Source: an uncultured Planctomycetia bacterium
Lineage (GTDB): Bacteria; Omnitrophota; Gorgyraeia; Gorgyraeales; Gorgyraeaceae
NCBI GenBank assembly: GCA_964415355.1
Contig: CAYPYS010000004.1
Span: forward strand, 27,220-91,219
Direction of reading: 5' to 3'
DNA: 64,000 nt
Of this stretch, positions 28,927 through 40,444 are shown piece by piece (position 1 is the first letter of the stretch; the number at the start of each line of letters is the position of its first letter). Below the pieces are notes generated by a model. The model saw only the letters and a list, made by a program, of their open reading frames with translations, ran no database searches and had not been told where the DNA came from. The translations under genes and the position numbers were made by a program.

Positions 28927-30407
28927 TAGATAAAATACGCCTTTTGGCAAAATCTATAACAAGGCGCACGGGCATGCCTTTGTATCTTATAATTATCTTT
29001 TCTTTGCTTCTCGCGATCCTTTTGATATTTGACTGGTTTGTTTCTGATCCTACGCGAGCAGCAAAAATAGATCGTTATATATTATTCTCTATGGCAGAGA
29101 CATCTCGTTTCAATTACGCAAAAGCTGCTATCTGTAATCCCCTTGTCTTTCTTAACCCAAACGCCAAACCGCTCTATATGATAATCGCCAGTATGTTTGT
29201 TTTTATTCTTCCGTTTGGCCTGATTTCCATTAAAATGCTAAATTCTCTGCTGGCAATAGGCATATTGGGGGTTACCTATAAACTGGTACGAAAAACAGGG
29301 TTAGATGATTTTCATGCCTCCATAGCATTAATACTAACATTGACCTCCCCAATGTTTTTCTTGCTTTCCATAGCGGCTTCTACAGAGCTACTGTTTTGTT
29401 TCTTTCTGCTTTTGGCTATTTGTTCCTTTTACGAAAAAAAATATTTTAATTCGGCTCTGCTAATATCTCTGTTGCCGCTTATACGGCAAGAAGGGGTAAT
29501 ATATTTCGCCATCTGTTCATATTTCCTTATAAAAGCAAAAAATGCAAAATACCTGTTTGTTTTACCAATCCCTCTGGCTATATGGATTCTTTTGAATCGT
29601 GTTCTATTGAGTCATTCTTTCGTTTACCCGTTTTTTGTCTTTGTGGATATGCCTGGACCGACCCCTGCTAGTTCAGTAATGTCCCTTGCAGAGCTAAAGA
29701 GCTTTTTGCCGCTGATATTTTGTCATCCTCTGTTTTTCTTATTCCCCATAGGGTTGATGTTTAAGGTGGCGGATAAAAACTATAGACCCATTGTCGTTTC
29801 ACTGATATTACACAGTATCTTCTTTATCGTCGCTGCTATTATACAGTATTTAACGATCAAGCACACATCTTACTATTTTCGCTATATCGTGCCTCTTGTC
29901 CCGCTTATGGCTATTATGGCAGCCACCCTTTTTAGAAAAGTCAAGGATAATGGTCTAAAAATCTCCCTTATTGTTTTAATATTTATTATTTCGCTTGGAA
30001 TGCTTGTCGCAAAAATTAACGCGTTCCAACAACATCCCAGAATTGTCAGCGAAAGCCTTGATGAGCAGGAAGAAAAATCCATCAAAGAAGCAACTGTGTG
30101 GCTGAACGATTATATGCAGAAAAACGGGCTTCGTCATATTTTTTATCCCGGGAACCTGGTAACGCATAAAATAATAAGGCGATTAAGCGTCTATCTGTCT
30201 TTTGGGGCAACAATGTATCCTGTTAAAGACTTTAAGGAGATTTACGACCCGATAACATTCAACGCCCTTGACAAAGACTTTGGAGATCCCGCATATAGAG
30301 GCGTGGTCCTGGTATTGGACCCTGAGAAGGAGGCGGGGTTGATTTCGGGCCAAAGAACGAGTTTCTTAAAAAAATTCCCCCTGGTTTCTATATATCTTCT
30401 TGAATAG
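28923..30407 (+). CDS. GT-C-like polytopic membrane protein
   Basis: Paralog of 18438..19934 (RFNY, NP..FLNP..K, STE, RQEG, RYIVP). Confidence 0.6.
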   Translation: MIDKIRLLAKSITRRTGMPLYLIIIFSLLLAILLIFDWFVSDPTRAAKIDRYILFSMAETSRFNYAKAAICNPLVFLNPNAKPLYMIIASMFVFILPFGLISIKMLNSLLAIGILGVTYKLVRKTGLDDFHASIALILTLTSPMFFLLSIAASTELLFCFFLLLAICSFYEKKYFNSALLISLLPLIRQEGVIYFAICSYFLIKAKNAKYLFVLPIPLAIWILLNRVLLSHSFVYPFFVFVDMPGPTPASSVMSLAELKSFLPLIFCHPLFFLFPIGLMFKVADKNYRPIVVSLILHSIFFIVAAIIQYLTIKHTSYYFRYIVPLVPLMAIMAATLFRKVKDNGLKISLIVLIFIISLGMLVAKINAFQQHPRIVSESLDEQEEKSIKEATVWLNDYMQKNGLRHIFYPGNLVTHKIIRRLSVYLSFGATMYPVKDFKEIYDPITFNALDKDFGDPAYRGVVLVLDPEKEAGLISGQRTSFLKKFPLVSIYLLE

Positions 30408-30410
30408 GGC

Positions 30411-30436
30411 AAATCAGACTATCTTGGTCTGATTTT
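30411..30436 (+). terminator. Hairpin closing the accessory cluster
   Basis: AAATCAGAC-7 nt-GTCTGATTT(T), 3 nt after the last stop codon. Confidence 0.45.
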
Positions 30437-30532
30437 ACGCTTCCGAAAAATGTCGCAAAGTGTAAGCTTATTTTATAGACTAAAAACGTGCACCGACCGT
30501 TCAAATAGGACATTTTTCTACCAAGATTTCTC

Positions 30533-30561
30533 TTGAATATACGACTTGCCCTTGTTATAAT
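30533..30561 (+). promoter_or_regulatory. dnaA promoter, probably leaderless
   Basis: TTGAAT-17 nt-TATAAT with TGn; the ATG is only 8 nt downstream and there is no SD. Confidence 0.65.
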
Positions 30562-30569
30562 GTGATGCC

Positions 30570-31907
30570 ATGACAGTCGACCTATCCAGTATCTGGGACA
30601 AAATTCTAGAAGAGACAAAGCAGGAAATAGGGGAGAGGGCGTTTGAAAATTGGTTCCGCCAGACAAAACTCTCGTCTATAACCGAGGAAAGCCTCGTGAT
30701 CGAGGTACCGTCTAATTTTTTCAAAGATTGGATCTATGACCACTATAGAGACACATTAAAGATAGCTATATTAAAGACTATCGGCAAGGTTATCCCTGTG
30801 CAGTTTGAAGTGAAAGAGCCGGCTGTTAAGCCCGGCCGCGCCGCTTCAAAGCAAACCACTGTCCCGGGAAAACCGATGCAGAAAAAACCTTTTTATCTAA
30901 ACCCCAGGTACACTTTTGAGGGGTTTGTAGTAGGACCGTCGAACCGGTTCGCCCACGCAGCAACCCTCGCGATCGCTGAATCGCCTGCAAAGGCATACAA
31001 TCCTTTGTTTATATACGGTGGGGTGGGGCTGGGTAAGACGCATCTAATGCAAGCTGCCTGTCATTACGTCTCTGATATGCATAAAAACATGAAACTGTTT
31101 TACACGACGAGTGAAAAATTCACCAACGAGCTCATAAGCGCCATACAGCACAGGACAACCGCTAAGTTCAGGGAGACATACAGGAATGTTGATGTATTGT
31201 TGATAGACGACATACACTTCATCGCTGGCAAGGAATCCACACAGGAAGAATTCTTCCATACGTTCAATTCACTTTACGACGCGCACAAACAAATAGTCCT
31301 GTCCAGCGACCGGCCGCCCAAAACCATACAGGGCCTCGAAGAAAGGCTAGTCTCCAGGTTTGAATGGGGGCTTGTCACGGATGTCCAGCCGCCAGACCTT
31401 GAGACCAGGATAGCCATACTAAAAAAGAAGGCCGAAAGAAATTCCGTTGCCCTGCCGGACGACGCCTTATACTTTATAGCTGAGAAAATAAAGACCAATA
31501 TAAGAGAACTGGAGGGCGCGCTTATCAAGGTAGTGGCTTATTCGTCCATGGAAAACAAGCCCGTGACCCTGGACTCTACAAAAGATATTCTTAAAGATAT
31601 ACTGGCGGAAGGCGACAAGAAAATATCCGTTGATCGGATACAAAAAAAAGTGGCCGGGTATTTTGACATCAAGGTCTCTGAGATGAAGGCGAAGAAAAGA
31701 CACAAGGAAATCGTCTACCCGAGACAGATCGCGATGTACCTGACAAGGGAGCTGACAACGCTGACCCTGCCTGATATAGGCGCGAGTTTCGGGGGGCGGG
31801 ACCATTCCACGGTCATACACGCCTGTGAAAAAATACAGAAGGATTTGAAGAAAAATCAAAATGTGAAGAACTTGATGAATCGCCTGATGACAGAGATAAA
31901 CAGCTGA
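30570..31907 (+). CDS. dnaA: Chromosomal replication initiator DnaA
   Basis: YNPLFIYGGVGLGKTHL, LLIDDI, QEEFFHTFN, RQIAMYL, GGRDHSTV. Confidence 0.99.
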   Translation: MTVDLSSIWDKILEETKQEIGERAFENWFRQTKLSSITEESLVIEVPSNFFKDWIYDHYRDTLKIAILKTIGKVIPVQFEVKEPAVKPGRAASKQTTVPGKPMQKKPFYLNPRYTFEGFVVGPSNRFAHAATLAIAESPAKAYNPLFIYGGVGLGKTHLMQAACHYVSDMHKNMKLFYTTSEKFTNELISAIQHRTTAKFRETYRNVDVLLIDDIHFIAGKESTQEEFFHTFNSLYDAHKQIVLSSDRPPKTIQGLEERLVSRFEWGLVTDVQPPDLETRIAILKKKAERNSVALPDDALYFIAEKIKTNIRELEGALIKVVAYSSMENKPVTLDSTKDILKDILAEGDKKISVDRIQKKVAGYFDIKVSEMKAKKRHKEIVYPRQIAMYLTRELTTLTLPDIGASFGGRDHSTVIHACEKIQKDLKKNQNVKNLMNRLMTEINS

Positions 31908-32067
31908 GTTTTTGGTTATTTTGTAAATAAGTTTTATTTTTTGTGGATTATTTTATTTTTATAACTATAATTAAAGCAGGGGGTTTTGGAGTTTCCCACA
32001 TATAAACAGTTACTACTATTAAAACTACTAGTTTTCTATATAAAAGATAGTAATACAATAGAACCCC
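31908..32067. other. Putative replication origin oriC
   Basis: AT-rich dnaA-dnaN gap. DnaA-box-like TGTAAATAA (31922), TGTGGATTA (31942) and TTTCCCACA (31992), followed by TATAAACAG and the DnaA-trio-like TACTACTATTAAAACTACTA. Confidence 0.75.
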
Positions 32068-32079
32068 GGAGGAATGTGG

Positions 32080-33171
32080 ATGAAAATAAAAATACTAAAA
32101 AATAACCTCGTTGAAAATATACAAAACGTACAGAACGTAGTGTCTTCAAGAAGCAGCCTACCGATACTTTTAAATATACTTATAGAAGCGAATAAGGATG
32201 GGATTAGGTTAACAAGCACGGATCTTGACATAGGCGTGACGTCAAGGGTTTCATCGGAGGTCGAAGAAGAAGGGGCTCTTACAGTACCAGCTAAGAGATT
32301 TTACGAAATAGTAAAAGAATTACCAGATGAAGACATTACTATAAACACAATGAAAAACAACTCAATGTCAATAAGGTGCGGCAAATGTTTTTTTAAGATC
32401 CTGGGTTTACCAAAAGAAGATTTTCCAAAACTCCCTGAATTCGAAAACAAACCTCATATCACAATAGGACAGGGTGTTTTAAAGAAGATGCTGGCAATGA
32501 CTCATTTTTCAATGTCGCACGATGAGACAAGATACGTGTTAAACGGGGCTTTGTTTTTATTTAAAGACAAACAATTGACTATAGTTACAACAGACGGCAA
32601 GAGATTAAGCCTTGTAAAAAAAGAAATCAGCAGTGAACCGCTGGATAAAACAATTATCGTGCCTTCAAAAACCGTCTATGAGTTAAACAGGGCCCTCAAA
32701 GGCGAGGGCGAAGTAAAAATAATGCTTAGTGAAAACCAGGTCAAATTTGACGTGGAAAACACTACTATCATCTCCAGGCTTATAGAGGGCGAGTTCCCAA
32801 ATTATGAGCAGGTCGTGCCAAAAGAGGCAAAAGAAAAAATAGCCGTCAACAGAGAACAGCTTTTGCTTGGCGTGAAAAGGGCGGCGCTTTTAGCTACGCA
32901 GGATTCACAATCCATAAAAATAGATGTTTTGAAAAACAAGATGGTGGTTTCAAAATCCAGCCCGAATATTGGCGAGGCAAAAGAAGAGATAGAAACAGGT
33001 TATAAGGGCCCGGAGATAGCCGTTGGTTTTAACCCAACCTATCTTATGGATGTGCTGAAAGTCGTGCCAAAAGACGATCTGGAGATAGAGATCGCAGGAT
33101 CAGATAAGCCAGCGGTTTTAAGAATAGAGGACTGGTATACTTATCTTGTATTGCCCATGCAGTTGGCTTAG
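32080..33171 (+). CDS. dnaN: DNA polymerase III beta sliding clamp
   Basis: LPILLNIL, TDLD, TRYVLNG, TTDGKRL, SRLIEGEFPNY, GFN, VLPM. GGAGG lies 7 nt before the ATG at 32080. Confidence 0.98.
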   Translation: MKIKILKNNLVENIQNVQNVVSSRSSLPILLNILIEANKDGIRLTSTDLDIGVTSRVSSEVEEEGALTVPAKRFYEIVKELPDEDITINTMKNNSMSIRCGKCFFKILGLPKEDFPKLPEFENKPHITIGQGVLKKMLAMTHFSMSHDETRYVLNGALFLFKDKQLTIVTTDGKRLSLVKKEISSEPLDKTIIVPSKTVYELNRALKGEGEVKIMLSENQVKFDVENTTIISRLIEGEFPNYEQVVPKEAKEKIAVNREQLLLGVKRAALLATQDSQSIKIDVLKNKMVVSKSSPNIGEAKEEIETGYKGPEIAVGFNPTYLMDVLKVVPKDDLEIEIAGSDKPAVLRIEDWYTYLVLPMQLA

Positions 33172-33195
33172 TCACGAGGGAGCTGACTTGTTTTT

Positions 33196-33504
33196 ATGAG
33201 AAAGCGAAAAACTGCTCCGGCAGGCATAGGGAACATTCTTGATAAGGTAATAAAGAAGATAGAAAAAAAGGGGCCGGGGAAAAAAGAGAATGTGCTGGCT
33301 GCGTGGCAAAAGGCGGCTGGAAGTAAGGCCGCGGGCCATTCCAGGCCAGCGAACATAAGGCGCAGGGTACTGACAGTAGAGATAGATTCATCCACCTGGT
33401 TTTATGCGTTGAACTTAAAAAAGAGGGGTTTGTTGAAAAGGCTCAAGAAAGAGCTGGGCGAAGAGACCTTAAAAGAAATAAGATTTAGAATGGGCGACAT
33501 AACT

Positions 33505-33507
<3 letters not shown>
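33196..33507 (+). CDS. DUF721/DciA-family protein
   Basis: W...AG..AA.HSRP....LTV..DSSTW...L...K..LL..L...IRF pattern, at the usual position before gyrB. Confidence 0.8.
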
Positions 33508-36034
<2,527 letters not shown>

Positions 36035-36037
<3 letters not shown>

Positions 36038-36071
36038 CTTTACATTTCAACAACGTTAAAGTGTAAAGTTA
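36035..36071 (+). repeat. 37-bp element copy 2 (forward), overlapping the gyrB stop
   Basis: Identical to copy 1. Confidence 0.95.
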
Positions 36072-36094
36072 AGCTATTTTTTAGGAATAATAAT

Positions 36095-39000
36095 ATGTAC
36101 ACGCAGAATGAAAAACTGATACCGGTTTATATCGAAGATGAAATGAAGAATTCCTATCTTACTTACGCCATGAGCGTAATAGTAGGAAGGGCCCTGCCTG
36201 ATGTCAGGGATGGCTTAAAGCCGGTCCACAGGCGCATACTTTATGCCATGATGGACCTTGGCCTGGAGCATAATAAGCCGTATAAGAAATCAGCGAGAAT
36301 AGTCGGAGAAACTTTAGGTAAATACCATCCGCACGGGGATACTGCTGTTTATGATTCTCTTGTCAGGATGGTGCAGGATTTTTCTCTAAGGTATCCTTTG
36401 ATAGACGGCCAGGGTAACTTTGGCTCTGTTGATGGCGACGCCGCAGCGGCGATGCGCTACTGCGTCAGCGGGGATTCTCTTATAGTTACAGAAAAAGGAT
36501 TAGAGAGGATAGGAAAAATATCGCATCATTCGGAAGTTTCTTTTAAAACCTTATCCGCGAACAATAACATAAACCATGTTTCAGAATGGTTTGATTCAGG
36601 AAAGCACCCGACAAAAACAATAAAAACTTATAGAGGTCTTAGTTTGCGCGGAAGCCTTAACCACCCTATTCTCACCTGGCGGAAAGGGGAAAAAGGGAAG
36701 CCGCAGTTCGAGTGGGAATTATTAGGGAAGATTAAAGAAGGTGATTATGCCGTAATCAGCAGAAGCAGTTTATTGTTTCCAAGAAAAGACCCTTCTTTAA
36801 GATCTTATCATCCGCAATTAAAGAAGGCCTGTAAAGATCATAAGCTTCCTATGGCTATGAGTACAGACCTTGCTTTTCTTTTGGGGGCGATAGTCTCAGA
36901 AGGCAATGTTGGCAAAAAGCATATAGGTTTTTGTAACAACGACAGCATTTTCATCAAGAAATTTAAAGCGAGTTTTAAGAGAGTGTTCCCTGATTGCAGG
37001 CTTCACGAATTCGTTAGAAAACCCGCGGGCTACACAAGAAAAAGTTACACTTCTTTGGAAATCCACTCGCTTCATGTTTTGGAATTTTTGAGCAATCTTG
37101 GGTTAAAACCGAGCAGGGCAAAAGATAGAGTTGTGCCGGAAATAATATTTTCATCATCAAAGAAATCTGTTGCCTCTTTTATAAGAGGATATGCTGAAGG
37201 GGATGCCAGTGTATATATGTCCTCTTCTTTAAAGAATATAGAGATATCTTTTATATCGGCCAGCAAAAAGTTAATGCAAGAATTACAGGTTTTATTGTTA
37301 AGATTTGGTATAGATTCTTCTTATAGATGGCAAAGAACAAGAAGTATTTTTAAATTATTTATCCATGGGCACACAAATCTCGATATATTTAAAGACCAAA
37401 TAGATTTTATTACAGATAGAAAATGCAACAAACTGAGAGAGATTTGTAAAAGAAATGAAACCGGCTGGGTTATGTCAAAGACAGATTTTGTGCCATACAT
37501 TTCTGATTACATTAGAAGTAATGGATATGCAGAAAACAGGCAATGGCTTGAAAGGCATAATATTGATAGATATACAAAGATAGAGAAGCATTGGGGAAAC
37601 TTGCAAAAAATACTAAATGAAAAAGATAAACAGCTGTATCAAATGTTGATGGATAATAAATATATATTTGATCCCGTAGTTTCTGTAGAAGATACAGAAA
37701 CGAGCAAAGTTTATTCTATAAAGGTGGACAGCGCTTGTCATTCATTTGTGTCAAATGGCTTTATAAGCCATAACACAGAAGCGAGAATGGACGCCATAGC
37801 GGATGAGCTGCTCGACGACATAGAAAAAGATACGGTAGACTTTGTCCCGAATTTTGATGAGTCTTTGCAGGAGCCCAGTATATTGCCGGCGCGGCTGCCG
37901 AATCTTTTAATAAATGGTTCGAGCGGCATCGCAGTTGGCATGGCCACCAATGTCCCGCCGCACAACCTGACCGAGATAGTGGATGCTATTGTAAAAGTGA
38001 TCTCTGACCCGGACGTCTCCATAAAAGACCTGATGAAAATAGTGAAAGGTCCGGATTTCCCGACAGGCGGCATTATCTGCGGCAGGGACGGGATAAAAGA
38101 GGCGTATGAAAAAGGCAGGGGCAGGCTGAAGCTTCACGCAAAAGCAGCTATAGAACAACAAAAAGGAAACAAGGAATCCATTGTCATAACAGAGATCCCT
38201 TATCAGGTAAATAAATCAAAGCTCATAGAAAACATCGCTGATCTGGTGCAGGAGAAAAAGATCGAGGGCATATCAGACATAAGGGATGAGTCTGATAAAG
38301 AGGGTATGAGGATCGTCATAGATCTGAAGCGCGACCAGAATGCCCAGGTCATATTGAACCAGCTGTATAGACGCACGCAGATGGAGACTACCTTTGGCGT
38401 GATCACGCTAGCGCTTGTCGACGGGAAACCAAAGGTCTTAAATCTAAAAGAGGTCTTAGAGCAGTACATAAAACATAGAGAGGTGATAGTAAGGCGCAGG
38501 ACGCAGTTCGAGCTGGATAAAGCAGAGAGGCGCGCGCATATCTTAGAAGGTCTTAAGATCGCAGTGGACGCGATCAATAAAATCATAAAGACGATAAGGG
38601 AGTCAAAGGATGCCAAGATAGCAAAAGACAGATTGATGAAAAATTTTGACCTGAGCGATGTCCAGGCCCAGGCCATATTAGAGATGCAGCTCCAGAGGCT
38701 CACGGCGCTCGAAAGGAATAAAATAGAAAAGGAATACATGGAGCTGATCAAGAAGATAGAGATGTTCAAGTCTATTTTAAAGAGCGAGAAAAAGATTCTA
38801 GAGATCGTGAAGAACGAGGTCATGGAATTAAAGAAGGAATACGGTGATGAGCGCAGGACAGAGATCGTTGCAAAAGTAGAAGAGATGGAGATAGAAGATC
38901 TGATCGCAGAAGAGGACATGGTCATCACGATCAGCCACGCTGGTTACATAAAGCGATTGCCGATCGCAGCGTACAGGCGTCAGAAAAGGGGAGGCGTGGG

Positions 39001-39841
39001 CGTTACAGGCATTGACATGAAGGATGAAGATTTTGTCGAGCATTTATTCGTCGCCTCTACCCACGAATATATACTTGTATTCACGAATACAGGCAGGGTG
39101 CATTGGTTAAAAGTATATGAGATTCCTCAAGCGAGCCGCGCAGCCAGGGGCAAGGCAATAGTGAATCTGTTGCAGCTTGGCCAGGGCGAAAAGGTTTCTG
39201 CGTGCGTGAGGGTAAAGGATTTCGAAGAGGGCAAATTCCTCGTGATGGCGACAAAGAAAGGCCTGGTCAAAAAGACAGACCTGATGTCGTATTCGAATCC
39301 AAGAAAGGGCGGCATAATCGGCATTACCATTGAAAAAGACGACGAACTTATAGAGGTGAAGTGGACTGATGGCAAACAGGAGGTAATATTTGCCACCAAC
39401 CAGGGCAAGGCTATTCGTTTTCCAGAGGTTCAGGTCAGAGATATGGGCAGGGGCGCAAAAGGCGTCAGAGGGATAGGCCTCGGCAAAAAAGACGAAGTAA
39501 TAGCAATGGAGATCGCGAGAAAAGATGCGACAATTCTTACGGTTACATCGCAGGGGTTTGCGAAGCGCACGCCTGTCGAGCAATATAGAAAACAATCCCG
39601 CGGCGGCAAAGGCATAAAGAATGTAAGCGTAACAAAGAAAAACGGAGAAGCAGTAGGCCTTAAGATAGTCAATGATAAAGACGAGCTTATGGTCATGACC
39701 GAGAAAGGCATGATTGTCCGCTGCTCTGTTAAGGACATACGCACTACTGGCAGGGCTGCCCAGGGAGTTCGCATAATAAAGCTTGATTCAGGTGACAGGG
39801 TGTCAGCAATTGCCCGTGTTATCCCCGAAGAGACAGAGTAA
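36095..39841 (+). CDS. gyrA: DNA gyrase subunit A containing an intein
   Basis: [28 protein letters not shown]|intein|TEARM, GyrA box QKRGGVG, C-terminal pinwheel repeats. Confidence 0.99.
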   Translation: MYTQNEKLIPVYIEDEMKNSYLTYAMSVIVGRALPDVRDGLKPVHRRILYAMMDLGLEHNKPYKKSARIVGETLGKYHPHGDTAVYDSLVRMVQDFSLRYPLIDGQGNFGSVDGDAAAAMRYCVSGDSLIVTEKGLERIGKISHHSEVSFKTLSANNNINHVSEWFDSGKHPTKTIKTYRGLSLRGSLNHPILTWRKGEKGKPQFEWELLGKIKEGDYAVISRSSLLFPRKDPSLRSYHPQLKKACKDHKLPMAMSTDLAFLLGAIVSEGNVGKKHIGFCNNDSIFIKKFKASFKRVFPDCRLHEFVRKPAGYTRKSYTSLEIHSLHVLEFLSNLGLKPSRAKDRVVPEIIFSSSKKSVASFIRGYAEGDASVYMSSSLKNIEISFISASKKLMQELQVLLLRFGIDSSYRWQRTRSIFKLFIHGHTNLDIFKDQIDFITDRKCNKLREICKRNETGWVMSKTDFVPYISDYIRSNGYAENRQWLERHNIDRYTKIEKHWGNLQKILNEKDKQLYQMLMDNKYIFDPVVSVEDTETSKVYSIKVDSACHSFVSNGFISHNTEARMDAIADELLDDIEKDTVDFVPNFDESLQEPSILPARLPNLLINGSSGIAVGMATNVPPHNLTEIVDAIVKVISDPDVSIKDLMKIVKGPDFPTGGIICGRDGIKEAYEKGRGRLKLHAKAAIEQQKGNKESIVITEIPYQVNKSKLIENIADLVQEKKIEGISDIRDESDKEGMRIVIDLKRDQNAQVILNQLYRRTQMETTFGVITLALVDGKPKVLNLKEVLEQYIKHREVIVRRRTQFELDKAERRAHILEGLKIAVDAINKIIKTIRESKDAKIAKDRLMKNFDLSDVQAQAILEMQLQRLTALERNKIEKEYMELIKKIEMFKSILKSEKKILEIVKNEVMELKKEYGDERRTEIVAKVEEMEIEDLIAEEDMVITISHAGYIKRLPIAAYRRQKRGGVGVTGIDMKDEDFVEHLFVASTHEYILVFTNTGRVHWLKVYEIPQASRAARGKAIVNLLQLGQGEKVSACVRVKDFEEGKFLVMATKKGLVKKTDLMSYSNPRKGGIIGITIEKDDELIEVKWTDGKQEVIFATNQGKAIRFPEVQVRDMGRGAKGVRGIGLGKKDEVIAMEIARKDATILTVTSQGFAKRTPVEQYRKQSRGGKGIKNVSVTKKNGEAVGLKIVNDKDELMVMTEKGMIVRCSVKDIRTTGRAAQGVRIIKLDSGDRVSAIARVIPEETE
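36461..37774 (+). mobile_element. Intein (438 aa) with LAGLIDADG homing endonuclease
   Basis: Starts CVSGDSLI, has the block B motif [17 protein letters not shown] motifs [10 protein letters not shown] and [10 protein letters not shown], ends [10 protein letters not shown] before Thr+1. Confidence 0.97.
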
Positions 39842-39875
39842 CTTTACACTTTAACGTTGTTGAAATGTAAAGTTA
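39839..39875 (-). repeat. 37-bp element copy 3 (reverse), overlapping the gyrA stop
   Basis: TAACTTTACACTTTAACGTTGTTGAAATGTAAAGTTA is the reverse complement of copy 1. Confidence 0.95.
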
Positions 39876-39890
39876 GGAGCTCATTTCTAC

Positions 39891-39968
39891 GTCCCCATCG
39901 TCTAGTCTGGCCTAGGACATCAGATTTTCGATCTGACGACACCGGTTCGAATCCGGTTGGGGACGCCA
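39891..39968 (+). tRNA. tRNA-Glu(TTC)
   Basis: Acceptor GTCCCCA/TGGGGAC, discriminator G plus CCA; anticodon arm TCAGA-TTTTCGA-TCTGA; T-loop GGTTCGAATCC. Confidence 0.93.
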
Positions 39969-40108
39969 ATCTTTTAACCCTCTAAAATCCAACCAGTTAT
40001 ATCTTAAGTCTAATCAGAAGCAGGAATAGCGTTAATCGCCGATAGCATAGGCTACACATTTATTGTTTAGCTCTCTTTTGATGTGTTTAGATATTTTTAG
40101 ACGCGAAA

Positions 40109-40212
40109 TGGTCACTATTTGGTCACTGGACGTTAGCCCCCCTGGCCTGTCTACATTATTTCAGTACTTAAACATCCATGGAATTTTAGCCATATGGACA
40201 CTTTTTGGACAC
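40109..40212 (+). repeat. Two tandem TGG(T/A)CAC pairs with an 11-bp period (candidate integrase arm-type sites)
   Basis: TGGTCACTATTTGGTCACT at 40109 and TGGACACTTTTTGGACAC at 40195; a third pair at 42209. Confidence 0.65.
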
Positions 40213-40346
40213 CAAGACCTGTCTCTGGGAAAGAAGAATTAAACGCCACTTCCGTAACTTCTATAAATACATAGCATTATAAAAACTAATCTTCAAAATC
40301 TTACAGCCCGGACATCAGGCTAGATATCTGATGTCCAGGATCTCCT

Positions 40347-40444
40347 TTGTGTATATCACAATAATATGATATAATTACTATATAAATAGACATTTAAGCA
40401 GCATAGCCTTGATAATAGGACAAGGCTATTTTTTTGGGTGGATT
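40347..40444 (+). promoter_or_regulatory. Promoter plus conserved terminator-like 5' leader (copy A)
   Basis: TTGTGT-17-TATAAT (TGn). Hairpin ATAGCCTTG-ATAATAGGA-CAAGGCTAT plus T-run at 40403-40435; ATG 9 nt later. Confidence 0.7.

Noticed and set aside
3-30407. Lasso peptide or other RiPP cluster (AsnB-like plus radical SAM)
   Set aside because: No precursor, RRE/PqqD, B2 protease or SPASM domain was seen; the context is glycosyltransferase-rich.
38203-38928. 241-aa antisense ORF in gyrA and other minus-strand shadow ORFs
   Set aside because: They lie fully opposite conserved genes, have Ser/Phe/Ile-rich shadow composition, and show no motifs.
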